A stretch of DNA of 64,000 nucleotides, from contig NC_087436.1 of NCBI RefSeq assembly GCF_036321535.1, forward strand, positions 112,656,001 to 112,720,000. Reading direction: 5' to 3'. The translations under genes were made by a program, and so were the position numbers. Origin of the DNA: Camelus dromedarius. Taxonomy: Eukaryota. Every line of letters starts with the position of its first letter. Within the stretch, counting starts at the first letter, position 1. Shown here piece after piece: positions 52,010 to 64,000 of this stretch. A model generated the notes under the pieces. It did no database searches. It saw nothing but the letters and a program-made list of their open reading frames with translations, and had not been told where the DNA came from.

Positions 52010-52200
52010 AGGTATGTTACAGACGTTTTCTCATTCAATTCAGGCAACGCTTATGTGAGATGGGAATTTTTATCCCCACTTTGCAAATGAAGAAATAGGT
52101 TCTGTCTGGCTGAACATGCCCAAGTTTATATAACCAGGGAACAGAGGAGTTGAGACTTAAAACAGAGTCTGTCACCTTCAGTCTGTTCTCTAAACCTCAT
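52010..52200 (-). mobile_element. MIR SINE
   Basis: ttatccccactttgcaaatgaagaaatagg. Confidence 0.65.
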
Positions 52201-53532
52201 GCTGCTTGCTGTGTCCTGAGACAATGGTTTCATGTTCCCTTCCAACAGAAGGCAAATGTTCTTCGGTAATAATGGGTTCCCTTCCCATGGACCCCTGATA
52301 CCCTTATATTTAAACTATGGGGGACAAAACCAAGGACTGAGGAGTCCAGACTTCTCACTGAGGATGCTAAGCGAATATACAAGCATACTACAAATAAATC
52401 CCCCGTGGAACCTCCACCAGGTGACGAGAATTGAAGATGGGGTACTCCCTCCTCAGACTTGGAACTTTCTTATAAATCATCTCCCGGCACTAAAAAGATC
52501 TACATCCTAAAAAAAGGAAATGTGATTTTCTTTATAACTGAAATGTTAGTTATAATGAATGGATAATATGGTAATTTTATATCACATTAAAGAGCCTGAC
52601 ACGGAAAACGGCATAAATAAGAGGATGTGATGTAAGATTACAAGAAAGATTTTAATCCTCGCTCTTCCATCTATTAAGCTGTGAGATGCTGGATAAGGCA
52701 TCTGACCTCTCGGAGACTTGTTTTAGTTCGCTTATCTGTAAAATGGAGACAATTGTAGCACCTCCCTTTATCTGCTGCACCGGACCACTGCGGTTCACAG
52801 GACTGACTGTATTCAGATTCCAAGTCTGTTGTTCAGTACTCCTAAGACAGGGAGCAAATTGTTCAAACTCATTTTTAACCCAATTTTGCCTTAGCTTTCT
52901 CAAATGAAATGAGACATATTTATAACTGTATTTTCTTTATAGAGTTCTTCTGAGGTTTAAATGAGTTTACACCAATAAAGCGCTTAGAACAGTGTTCGGC
53001 ACAAAGTGTGCCCTAGAGAAATATTTGCCATCATTATAAGTGGTGCTATGTGTCAGTGTGTGCTTGGAAACACACACCACTGTACAAAGGATTGTTTTTG
53101 CTGTTATTAGTGGGAGTTCCCACATTAGAAAAGGTCATTTAAATTCCATGTACAAAGGTATCATTAGTGTCCATTTCACAGGTGACTTGGCAGACAGGGT
53201 CAAGGGCAGAGCAGACTGCTAACAAGACCCAACACAAAGTCTTGACAATTAAGGAATTCGTGGAGAAGACCCCAGACCTCAGTGTGGGGGACTAGGTCAC
53301 ATTCAACCTACAGTTAATTAACTGTATAAAAATAATGATTCATACTATGACTGATTATCCAATCATATCACTGACCTGTTAGCATTTTGGTGTCCACAGT
53401 TAACCCCTTCACATTCTCTACACAGCTCCTCACAATTTATGTCCTTCTGTAACTATGATTCACTTAAAAAAAAACTTTCTAAAACGAGCCACTTTTTTAA
53501 AACACATAAATCTGTTTTAAAAAGAAAGGCTG

Positions 53533-54667
53533 CTTCTGCACAGCAAAGGAAACCATAAGTAAAACAAAATGACAACCTACGGAATGGGAGAAGATTTTTG
53601 CAAATAAAACCAACAAAGGCTTGATCTCCAGAATATATAAGCAGCTCATGTGACTTAATAAGAAAAAAAACAAACAACCCCATCCAAAAATGGGCAGAAG
53701 ACCTAAACAAGCAATTCTCCAAGGAAGACATACAAATGATCAATAGGCACATGACAAAATGCTCAATATCACTAATTATCAGAGAAATGCAAATCAAAAC
53801 TACAATGAGGTATCACCTCACACCAGTCAGAATGGCCATCATTCAAAAGTCCACAAATGACAAATGCTGGAGAGGCTGTGGAGAAAAGAGAACCTCTTAC
53901 ACTGCTGGTGGGAATGCAGTTTGGTGCAGCCACTATGGAAAACAGTATGGAGATTCCTCAAAAGACTAGGAATAGACTTACCATATGACCCAGGAATCCT
54001 GCTCCTGGGCATATATCCAGAAGGAACCCTACTTCAAAAAGACACCTGCACCCCAGTGTTCATAGCAGCATTATTTACAATAGCCAAGACATAGAAACAG
54101 ACTAAATGTCCATCAACAGATGACTGGATAAAGAAGAAGTGGTATATTTATACAATGGAATACTATTCAGCCATCAAAACCAACAACATAATGCCATTTG
54201 CAGCGACATGGATGTTCCTGGAGAATGTCATTCTAAGTGAGGTAAGCCAGAAAGAGAAAGAAAAATACCATAGGGTATCACTTTTTTGTGGAATCTAAAA
54301 CAAACAAACAAACAAACAAAAACCATAAATACAAAACAGAAACAGACTCATAGACATAGAATACAAACTTGTGGGTGCCAAGGGGATGGGGGAATGGGAA
54401 GGGACAGATTGGGGTTTTAAAATGTAGAATAGATAAACAAGATTATACTGTATAGCACAGGGAAATATATACAAGATCTTGTGGTAGCTCACAGAGAAAA
54501 AAAAATATGACAGTGAATATATGTATGTTCATGTATAACTGAAAAATTATGCTCTACACTGGAATTTGACACAACATTGTAAAATGACTATAACTCAATA
54601 AAAAATGTTTAAAAATAAATAAATAAAAATTAAAAAGAATGCAAAAATTTTTTAAAAATAAAAATAA
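53533..54667 (+). mobile_element. Young 5'-truncated LINE-1
   Basis: ORF2 C-terminal peptides ([28 protein letters not shown]), 3' UTR and A-rich tail; perfect TSD TAAAAAGAAAGGCTG at 53518-53532 and 54668-54682. Confidence 0.95.
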
Positions 54668-54682
54668 TAAAAAGAAAGGCTG

Positions 54683-55060
54683 ATAATGCAGAATGGGATG
54701 ATCCCTGTGGAAGAGAATCAGTTGGTATTTGGCAAGAGTACAGATGCCTTTATCTTTGATCCAGTGATTGTGCTCCTAGGAATCTGTCCAACTACACCTG
54801 CATAAGTAAGAAATGCTGTATGTGCAAGGTAATTCACCATGGAGTGTCTGAAAAGGCAAAGGACTAAAAATAATCCAAATGCTTAGCAATAGGGGACTGG
54901 CTGGATAAGCTGGGAGATAGCTACATGATGGAGTATTATGTAGCCATTAAAAGTGATGAGGACTATCTGTGTGCATTAATATGGAGAGATCTCCAGTATG
55001 TGTTGTTCAACGGAAAAAACAAAGTGCTAAACTATATACAGTATGTTACTTTTTATATAA
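54683..55060 (+). mobile_element. Old L1ME-type fragment (host of the young L1)
   Basis: ctttgatccagtgatt..ctcctaggaatct...atggagtattatgtagccattaaaa. Confidence 0.6.
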
Positions 55061-56249
55061 GAAAGGGAGAGGATTTTGTGTGTCCATATGCACATAGTTG
55101 TCCATATATGTGTTCATACAACAGAGAGCACACATCCTGCCTTCACATTGTTGGAGTAAATGTCTCATGAGACCATCTCCATCTCCCCTTTTCTCATGTT
55201 CCAGGACTCTCACCCTTTCTCTCCTGAGCATCTCCAGTGATAATTAGAGTGTAATTCCAATTGGTAAATTTTATTGAACAGGTAATGCTTCTGTTGTCCT
55301 GATCCTGGACCATGTCCAAGGAACCTCATCCCTCTCTGGTTCAATCAAATTTGACAATAAATAATAGGCATTAAAAGCAGCAAATTGAGGAGGGGGAGTC
55401 TGATGACAGCACTGAGAATGCAAGTGAGTTTGGGAAAGACAATCAACATGGGGTGAGGATAGGGTTGGATGGTTTTGGGTGATAGGATTGAGTTGGAGAT
55501 GGGAGAGACCTGGGGATAAGGTTGCTAATAGGGCTTTATTGGGTTGGGGCTGTAGAAGGAGCCAAGAGTGAGTATTTGGTTGGGGAGGTGTTGAAATACA
55601 GTGGAGATGGTGTTGTGGGTTGACGTTGATAATGAGGACTAAATGTGCAATTGAATGTCTGCACTGGGGTAGGGTTTGGTGGGGGTGGGCTGGCTCATAG
55701 CTGTGAGTGTCTCTCAAGGTGACAGAATGGCCACTGTTCTTCCCCATCTTGGAAATATCCCACCTTTCAGGGCTGGACCCAGAGTGAGGACTGAGTCCTC
55801 TTTCTGAGTAGAGTTGGGTTTAGGCCTGAGTGGCAGGAGGGAAGATGCTGGGTTAAGGGAGGTGACAGACTTGTGTGGGAAGTCAGGGTACCTGTGACCT
55901 CTTGTGGCCTGGGTCCAAATTTCCAGAAAAAGCCTTTCTCACTTGGGAAGGGCTGGAACCTGGGGTCAGGGTGGCTGGCTTTGGCATTTGCTGAGGGGTG
56001 AGTACTAGGTGAACACTGATATTGGGGCTTAGGATTGGCTGACTCTTATTGAAATGAGGTCATGGACCCACCAAGGGTTGGGTGCCTTCCACCCCCTCAC
56101 TTGATAGATAGGGCACCTGGAGCCCAGAGAGTCAGTGAGCTGCTGAAAGTCACACGCCAGCTAGACCAAATCCAGGTGTACTGTCTCATAGATCAGGGCT
56201 GGGTTAGCGAAAGGAGGAGTAAGGACTAGAAAAAGAGACTGTGTTCCTA

Positions 56250-56435
56250 GTGGTTCAGAGCTGAGGCTCTGGAGCCAGACTGCCTGCATTCAAGTGACAT
56301 GGCCACTCTGTGCCTCAGTGTCCCATTTGTAAAATGGTGCTATCAATAGCACCTGCCTCATAAAGGAGGGTTAAACATGTTAATATTTGGAAGTGCTTAG
56401 ACGAGAGTCTTGACATGAACCATGGGCCATAAATG
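56250..56435 (+). mobile_element. MIR SINE
   Basis: ggctctggagccagactgcctg...ctctgtgcctcagtgtcccatttgtaaaatgg. Confidence 0.75.
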
Positions 56436-56959
56436 TGCTTTTTAAAGAAGTAAAGCTGGAGCTGGAAGATTCCTGAGGGCCCCACCCTGGGTTGGCTTCA
56501 AAATGGGATTCTTTGTCCAGTAGGAACTGGAAGTTCTGGTTGGAAGTGCTGGCTAGGACAAGAAAGTTGGCCCCATACCTAGGTCTGGAGCAGAGGGCCC
56601 GATGCAAAGGTGAAGGACAGGGAGACAGAGAAAGACACAAAAGGATAAATACAGAGATAGAAAGAATAAGATGGATGAGAGAGGGCAGAGGAAATGCAGG
56701 GAGAGACAAAGGCATGAAGGTGTCAGAGGTAGAAAGACAGAGAGATGCCTGGGGAGAACCCAGACTTGGGCTTTTGGAGAGAAAGCTGCACAGGAAGTTG
56801 GGACACATGACTTATTCTTTAGAGCCGGATCCATGTGATTAAGATGGTCAACCCCAGTCATCATCTTTCTCAGGCAGCAATGAAATACCACTTTTCACTC
56901 ATTAAAAATAATAAATATATAAACAAAATAAGCAAATTATATTGTTCTGATTGTTCTCA

Positions 56960-58330
56960 TTGGGAAGTGACATTTGAGGAAAATCTTGAAGAAAGGGAAG
57001 GACTTAACTGGGGAAGAGGATTTCAGGCAGGGGGAAGAGCTGGTGCAATGCCCTGAGGCAGGGGTGGGCCTGGTGTGCTGGGGAATCAGGGAGGCCAGTG
57101 AGGCCGGAGGAGGGACCAAGGTGGAGGAGAAATAAGGGACAAGGTCTGAGAGATCATCGGGCCTTGAGACCCATCGGGCTTTTGCTCGAGAGAGAGAAGG
57201 AGCTATTGGAGAATTTTGAGCAGAAGAGTGTCCTGCTATGATTTGTGTTTTAAGGGGACAACTTAGACTACTTTATGGAAAATATACTACAAGCTGCAAA
57301 AGCAGGGACTGGGTAGGAGACTGTTGCCAGAATCCAGATAAGAAGTGAGCATATCTTGGATCACAGGGATAAGACGAAAAATGCCAATTTATGTGCAAAT
57401 TCTAGATATACTTTGAAAGTACAATGAATGCATTCTCTGGTGTGAGTGTGGGTTATAAAGAGAAAGCTAAGGACAACTCCAAGGATCTTGGACTGACTAA
57501 CTGAAAGGAGAAAGTACCAACTGAGATGGGTGAAGCCTGAGAATTGAGCAGGGCTTTTGGGACAATGGGGGGTGTGGATGGAGATTAGTCCCCTCAGTTG
57601 TGTTAAATTTGAGATAGGTCTTAAATAGCCAATTGGAGATTTCAACAGAGAGTTGAATATTTGAGTCTGGAGTTTGGTAAAGAGGTCTGGAAAGGAGAGA
57701 TAATTGTGGGAGTCATCAGTGCGTGGATGGTATTTAAAGCCATGAGATTAGAAGCAAGCAAAGGAGTGGATGGAGTCCAAGGACTGAGACCTGGGTTTCC
57801 AACATGAAGAGCTCTGGATGAAAAACAGGAAGCAGCAAGAGACAAGGAAGGAATGGGCAATGAGGCAGGACATAAACCAAGAGCGTGTGGTATCCTGGAA
57901 GACACACGAAGAAGGTATATTACTGAGGATGATGTGATCAACCGAGTCAAATGCCAAGGAAGGTGAACACTGAAGAAGGACCGGTGGATTTGGCAACGTA
58001 GAGGTCATCATGAAATTGGCAAGAGCTCTCTTGGTAGAGTGATGGGCCAAAAAGCAGAGGGGATAAGTTCAAAAGAGAATGGAAGGAAAGACTGGGAATC
58101 AGTAAGTGTCATCAATTCTTCCATGGAATTTTGCTGCTAAAGGGAGCTGAGACATGAGATCATCAACACAGGTAGAAAAGAAGTATTTTTCTGTTTGTAT
58201 GTCTGTTTTGTTAAGTGGGAAAACTAACTGTATGCTCGTGTGCTGAAGAGAATAATGAAAATCAAAAAGAAAAATAAAAAAGCTGATGTTATAGAGAACA
58301 GAGAGGAATTTCTGGGAAAATGTGCTTGGA
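56960..58330 (-). mobile_element. LINE-2 including an RT remnant
   Basis: Minus-strand LAFDSVDHIILSNIPSSCVFQDTTRSWFMSCLIAHSFLVS matches the L2 RT motif (AAFDTVDH..LL..LSSLGF.DTTLSWF.SYL..RSF.VS). Confidence 0.85.
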
Positions 58331-59869
58331 CGGGCAAGAGGTGTAGGAGCTGGTCACAAAGTGATTGGCTTCCAGTATCATATGTGATGGTGGCTGAGGT
58401 GGTAGAGTGTGTGGGTACAGATGTTGGTTGATGGAAAACCTCTCTGGGTCTCAGCTTCCTTATCCATAACTGGGGCTCATCTCACATAGCCTTTGTAGAG
58501 GCTGAGTGGATACAGGTGAGCACCTGGCTCCCAGCATTTCTCAAAAAATGACAACCCCACCTTGTCTCACTGTCCTTAAGTCACAAGGTCCAGCTCTGAA
58601 AGTCTCTCTGTTGAGAGGCTGTGCATCTACTAGACAAATTCAAGAAGTTAGTGAGGTTAGGTTTATCCATCAATAACTCATCAGATTTTTCAAGCATTTC
58701 TCTCTTAATAAAATGTCTCAGCATCTTGTATGAAATGCCTCCTATGAAAATACTCAGTCAAAGGCAATAACAAAATCTGTCAGAGCAGCATATTTCACAT
58801 CTTTAGCATCCTGTTCAGACAGGTAAATTTTAAACCTAACCCAAGTCTGTAACTTTTATAACAAAATGAAGGTACAGGAAATGCTTCAGGCTGTGAATCA
58901 GAATTTGTAAGAAACCACCTCCTTCCCCACTTCATTTCAAAGCATAGATCAGCCAAATGGATGAGCCAAAAGTTTGAAGTCAGCCAAGTTGCATTGTTTA
59001 GCTCTGCTGAAACTGAGGTAAAGGGCGGTTCCCTAGGAATTAAGAGCCTTGGCCTCTAGCCCTGAGATTAACTTCTGCTATTGGACATGAGCACTGGAAA
59101 GACCTTTAATTTTCTGGGCCTCTGTTTCCTAATCCATGAAACAAATTGCTTAGACCTGATGGCATCATTTTAGCTTCCAGGGTCTATGATTCTGAGTGTT
59201 TGAACGGGCAGTAGAAGGGGATTCACCGGGGCCACCACGATCCCATTGTGGAATGTGAGCAGATTGTTCAACTTCTCAATTTCCTTACCTTTCACCTGAG
59301 TTGTGGGAACCAAATACAATCCTGTTAGAAAACCACCTTACTGAGGGTCCTCAGCTCTGCCAAACTAAGGGGCTAAAGCAGTGGCCTCAACAGGAGAAGG
59401 CAGGATATGTCAGGCTCAACCTGTGGTGTATACTCAAAATATCCACATCTCTCCTACCGCTCAGAAGATGATCCAGTGAGGCAGACAGTTTCCTTCTCTT
59501 TTTCAAACTGTTAGATTAGTAATGGTTGCCTAGAGACTTGTCTTGAGAAGAATGGTAAGGACATGAAAGGACTTCATTAGAAAGTTTTGTGGTTGATGAA
59601 TTCTCTCTGTGGTGGGTACAGGATTAACAAGAGGTTGCTCTGACTCTGTGTTTGCAACCCCAGGTTAAATGTGTTCAAGTGTGTCAGAAAGATTTTTCAG
59701 TCCCATTTCATTCCTTTTTCTTTCACTATCCCCTTTCTCTCCCTTCTTCCTTTCTTCCTGCCCTCTCCCAAAATTGTCCAGCATGCTCTTCCATTTTTAA
59801 CTTCTACTAACACTGAGAGAAGACAAATTGGTAGAGAAGTTTGGCAAAGGCTGACTTTCCTTGTTGTTT

Positions 59870-60380
59870 TTTTGTGGTAGATTGTCTGCAGAGTGATCAC
59901 CATGTCCCTCTTCCCATCAAGAGAGGAGTCAGTTTCCCCAGCCCTGAAACCGGAGCTGGCCTTGTGACTCGGTTTGACCAACAGAATGCAGCCAATGTGA
60001 TATCCTGGGATTTCTAAGCCTAGACCCCAAGGAGCCACATAGGCTCTTCTTCTACTCAAAGGGGAATCCAACCCACCATGGAAGGAAGTCCAGGCTATCT
60101 ATAAGGACAGAAGAGAGCACACGAAAGAGAATCCAGGTTCCAGATGTATGAGTGGTTTCTGTCTACACAAGAAGAGTGAAGCCCAGTAATCTTAGCTGGT
60201 CCCCAGCCATTCAAGCCATTCCAGCTAAGGCACCAGACATGTGAGGGAGGCCATCTTGAATCCTCAGGTCCCAGGAGAGCCACACTGAGACCACATGGGG
60301 CAGGGAAGAGCTGTCCCAGCTGGACACTGCTTAGAATTGTGACCATAAAATGAGTATTGTTCAAAGCCACTAAATTTTGA
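59870..60380 (+). mobile_element. MLT1 (G/H-like) MaLR LTR
   Basis: tgtggtagattg...ggccttgtgactcggtttgaccaacagaatg...gcaccagacatgtgag..ggccatcttg...aagccactaaatttt. Confidence 0.75.
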
Positions 60381-61252
60381 GGAAACCAAGGCTCAGATGA
60401 GTTAATTACCTTACTCAAAGTCACAAAAAGAGTGAATGGCAGAGCTGAGATTAGAACACAAGTCCAGGCTTTCCCAAATTGATGATGTAATTCTTATTCT
60501 TCCTCCTCACACTCCCTCTACTTGCATACAGAACTTGAACTTAAAGATTTTAATTATTGAATGATAGGCTTCAAAGCACGAGCATGTTTAGTTGGTACCA
60601 CACAACTCAGGTCTCAGCTATCTACTGACTCACTCTGCTGTTTAATTACTTGATGAAACATATTTCAATTTAATTTCTCAGAAGTCAGCAAAGGGGAATG
60701 TGCTTCCTGATAGTATTTCAAACTATAATCATTAGATTCAGTATAAGTGGGCCTTACTTTTTACAATTGAATCAGTCTTTTAGAAGTTTTATATAAACAA
60801 AACCTGTGTAAATCAAATCACATTTTAATGAAATACAAGATTCCATTTAGAGAAAATCAGCAGCGGGTTTATTAATAGAGCTTGAATCGTTTTTAAGGTG
60901 ATGAATCACTGTATGGTCATTTTCTACCCTAGAAGCTGAGACTTCTATGTTAGGTTTTCTTAAATTTTGGCACAACTTGAAAAGATGAGATTGTACAGTG
61001 CATAGGATGGTCCTTGATCCAAAGTAAGTGCTGTGAAAAAATGGTAACAATTACATGCATGTTATGGGTTGAATTGTGTTTCCCCCAAACTGTTGAACTC
61101 TTAACCGCTAGTATCTGTGAATGTTTCAGCATCCATAATGTAAATGCTACTTACTCCTTCATTTTGTTTTTTGTACTGTACCACCACTTTTTTATTTGAC
61201 CATTGCCACCAGTCTAGAAATCCTATTTTATCCTCTAAGAAAGTAAACCTCC

Positions 61253-61449
61253 GTTCCTCAAAAAACTAAAAATAGAACTACCATATGACCCAGCAGTTCC
61301 CTCCTGGGTATACATCTAGAAAAAACAAAAACACTAATTTGAAAAGATACATGCACTCCAATGTTCACAGCAGCACTACTTACAATAGCCAAGACATGGA
61401 AGCAACCCAAATGCCCATCAACAGATGACTGGATAAAAAAGATGTGGTG

Positions 61450-61489
<40 letters not shown>

Positions 61490-61950
61490 AATAATATTCA
61501 GTCATAAAAAGAATGAAATGCTGCCATTTGCAGCAATGTGGATGGACCTAGAGAATATTATGTTTAGTGAAATAAATCAGACAGAGAAAGACAAATACTG
61601 TATATCACTTATATGTGGAATCTAAAAAATAATACAATGAATGCATATGCAAAACAGAGACAGACTCACAGATATAGAAAACAAACTAATGACTATCATA
61701 AGGGAGGGGAAGGGTAGGGGCAAATTAGGGATATGAGATTAAGAGATACAAACTACTACATACAAAATAGATAAGCAACAGGATATATTGTATAGCACAG
61801 GAAATTACAACTATTACCTTGTAATTACTTTTAATGGAATATAATCTGTAAAAATACTGAACCACTTTGCCATACACCTAAAACTAACATAGTATTATAA
61901 GTCAACTGTACTTCAATTTAAAAAAGAAGAAGAAGAAAAGAAAAGAAAAG
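61253..61950 (+). mobile_element. 5'-truncated LINE-1 of intermediate age with internal (TA)n
   Basis: ttcctcaaaaaactaaaaatagaactaccatatgacccagc...A-rich tail; flanking duplication AAACCTCC at 61245-61252 and 61951-61958. Confidence 0.9.
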
Positions 61951-62117
61951 AAACCTCCAATTATCTCTCAGGGTGGAGAGGGGTGAATTCAAGGAGTGGA
62001 CACGAAGATTTCAACTACTTTTTATACAAAAATTTAAGGAATCCTCTAGTCTTACATACCACCCTCCCTTCACTTCCAGAGGCATCAGTTTTTCCAGTTC
62101 CTTTTAAGGGACTTGCA

Positions 62118-62578
62118 GTGTAGTATTTGACTAGGGCTGCCATAACGAAGTGCCACAGCCCAGGTGGCTTAAACAACAGAAACTTCTCACAATTTTCAAG
62201 CCTAGAAATCTAAGAACAAGGTGTCAGCAAGGTGGGTTTCCTCTGAGGCCTCCGTCCTAGCTTGTAGGTGGCTCTCATCTCTCTGTGTCTTTCACGTGTG
62301 TGTCTGTGTCCTCAACTCTTCTTATAAAGATACCAGTCCCTTCTGGACTAAGGCCCATATTGAATGGGCCATAACCATATTAATCCATTATAACCATGAT
62401 CATCCATTATATTAATCCATTATAAGCCATTATAACCATAAAAAGTTAAGGCCCACCCTCATGACCTCACTTTGACTTAATTACCTTTTAAATACAGTCA
62501 CATTTTGAGGTGCTGGGGGTTAGGACTTCAACACATGAATTTGGAGGTAGGAGCAGATACAATTGAACCCATAATAAT
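62118..62578 (-). mobile_element. MLT1A-type MaLR solo LTR with an internal insertion
   Basis: agggctgccataacgaagtgccacag...ggcttaaacaacagaaa...ggggttaggacttcaacacatgaatttgg; similar to the copy at 27988-28362. Confidence 0.85.
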
Positions 62579-64000
62579 CAGTGTAAAACTGAATTATTTT
62601 GGCCTCCTTCTGTGCTTAGATTTAGGTCCTTTGACTTGCAACATCCACTCAATCAATTGTTTTACACCTTCCAAAATGTAGTTGCCATTCACTCTCCTCC
62701 CAAAGTCTTTATCCTGAAAGGTTTATGTCTCTCTCTATGTCTCACTTACTCTTATTTGGTGTGGTTTTGGAAGTCAGCAAAAGTAAACGCTTGTGTTCCA
62801 GCCCTCATCTTTTATCAGATGTCTAGCCCACTTTATATCTGTCAATACGGCAATGTAAGACTTTTCCAAATTATTGAAAAATCTTCCTAAAGCTAATTTT
62901 TATGGCTTCATAAATGAATCTTTTAACAGGAGGGTTCCATGCCCTATTTGTCTATTTGATCTATGCTTATGTTTCCAATTTTTTATTAGAAATAACATAT
63001 CTGAGTCAAGAATATTGAGTAACTCTTTAATAAAGTCTTTTGATATATACCTAAATTCATCAAATTTAAGACACCATCCATTGTAAGATACAGCAAAGGG
63101 TTGAAAAAGTTTACTTCTGGAGCAGAGGACAGGGGGTTGGTGAAGTCAAGAGACTGATTTTTTTTTTTACAAGTTTTTAAAAACATTTTGACTCTATGTG
63201 CATCTACAAAATCTGATAAAAATTAAAACTGAAGGGAAAAATCAAGTCAGGAAGTTATGTCTACAACATGACTTCAACCATTTAAAGCCAATAAAATGTC
63301 ATAGAAACAATACTAGAAATCCACAGGGGTAAGTTTATAAGTGAGTTTTATTTTCATTGTTATCTATTTCTAGATTTTTCAAAATTGTTAGAGATGAGTA
63401 GCTAGTTTCTAAAGAAGAGAAAGGTTTACTTTTTTCCCCCTTCATTCAAAAAAGAAAAATGATCAGAAGGACACATACTGAACTGTAGTCCTTGAATTGT
63501 GACACTATGGGTGGCATTTCTCCTGAGTGCTTCTCTGAAGTTCCTGGATTTTCCCTAATGAACATGTTTGAGGGCTTAAAGGCTCCAAGAAAGAAGACCC
63601 TGGTCGAGAAACAGAAAAAGAATTGAGGCAGATGAAGGATAAAATATCACCCTTCTAATTGGTAAACTCTAGGTCAGATGACTTGCTGAAAAATCAGATT
63701 TTTGTGTAGGCTAGCAAATTAACCAAATTAACTGGAAATCCACCAAAATGTACACTCTACTTTGTGCTGTGAGGACCATCCAGACGTTCACTTAGAATCG
63801 GTTGCTGAGGTATGACACAGCCTTTGGGATTTTTCGTGGTCCTAAATATCCAGAGAAACTCCAAGGAAATGCTGATTATTCCCACAGGTGTTATCAAAGG
63901 AAAGCTGTATTCCTGTTGCTAAGTGACAACTCACAATATTTAGCACTGGGACAGCTTGAAATGAGAAATGGAAACTTTTGCTAACATGATTTATTAGTTT

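Noticed and set aside
56380..56891. Arg/Glu-rich and Leu/Ser-rich ORFs
   Set aside because: Translations of a purine-rich low-complexity tract on the two strands.

Overview
This is mammalian genomic DNA, most likely from an artiodactyl and probably a camelid. That taxon call is an inference from the young L1 3' ends and the absence of recognisable Alu, B1, Bov-tA, CHR, PRE1 or Can SINEs. The window holds one confidently identified protein-coding gene, FGFBP1 (+ strand). Its parts are a TATA promoter at ~18.0-18.1 kb, a short non-coding exon 1 ending at 18207, a 1.9-kb intron, and exon 2 from 20136 carrying the whole 237-aa CDS (20156-20869), with an AATAAA at 21200. The rest is intergenic and dominated by transposon fossils: three decayed class III (ERVL-type) pol remnants, many solo LTRs, young 5'-truncated L1s with readable target-site duplications (TSDs), old L1M/L2/MIR copies, hAT fossils and microsatellites. 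Repeat subfamily names come from recalled consensus sequences and need RepeatMasker confirmation. I see no clear new biological system. The most interesting unexplained signals are: an orphan GC-box/CCAAT promoter-like element with a 64-bp tandem duplication at ~34.3-34.7 kb; a Kozak/signal-peptide/splice-donor candidate exon at 23263-23442; a diverged ~140-bp local duplication in which one copy carries a perfect ARE; and a hairpin-initiated templated micro-insertion inside an MLT1 LTR at ~62.4 kb.
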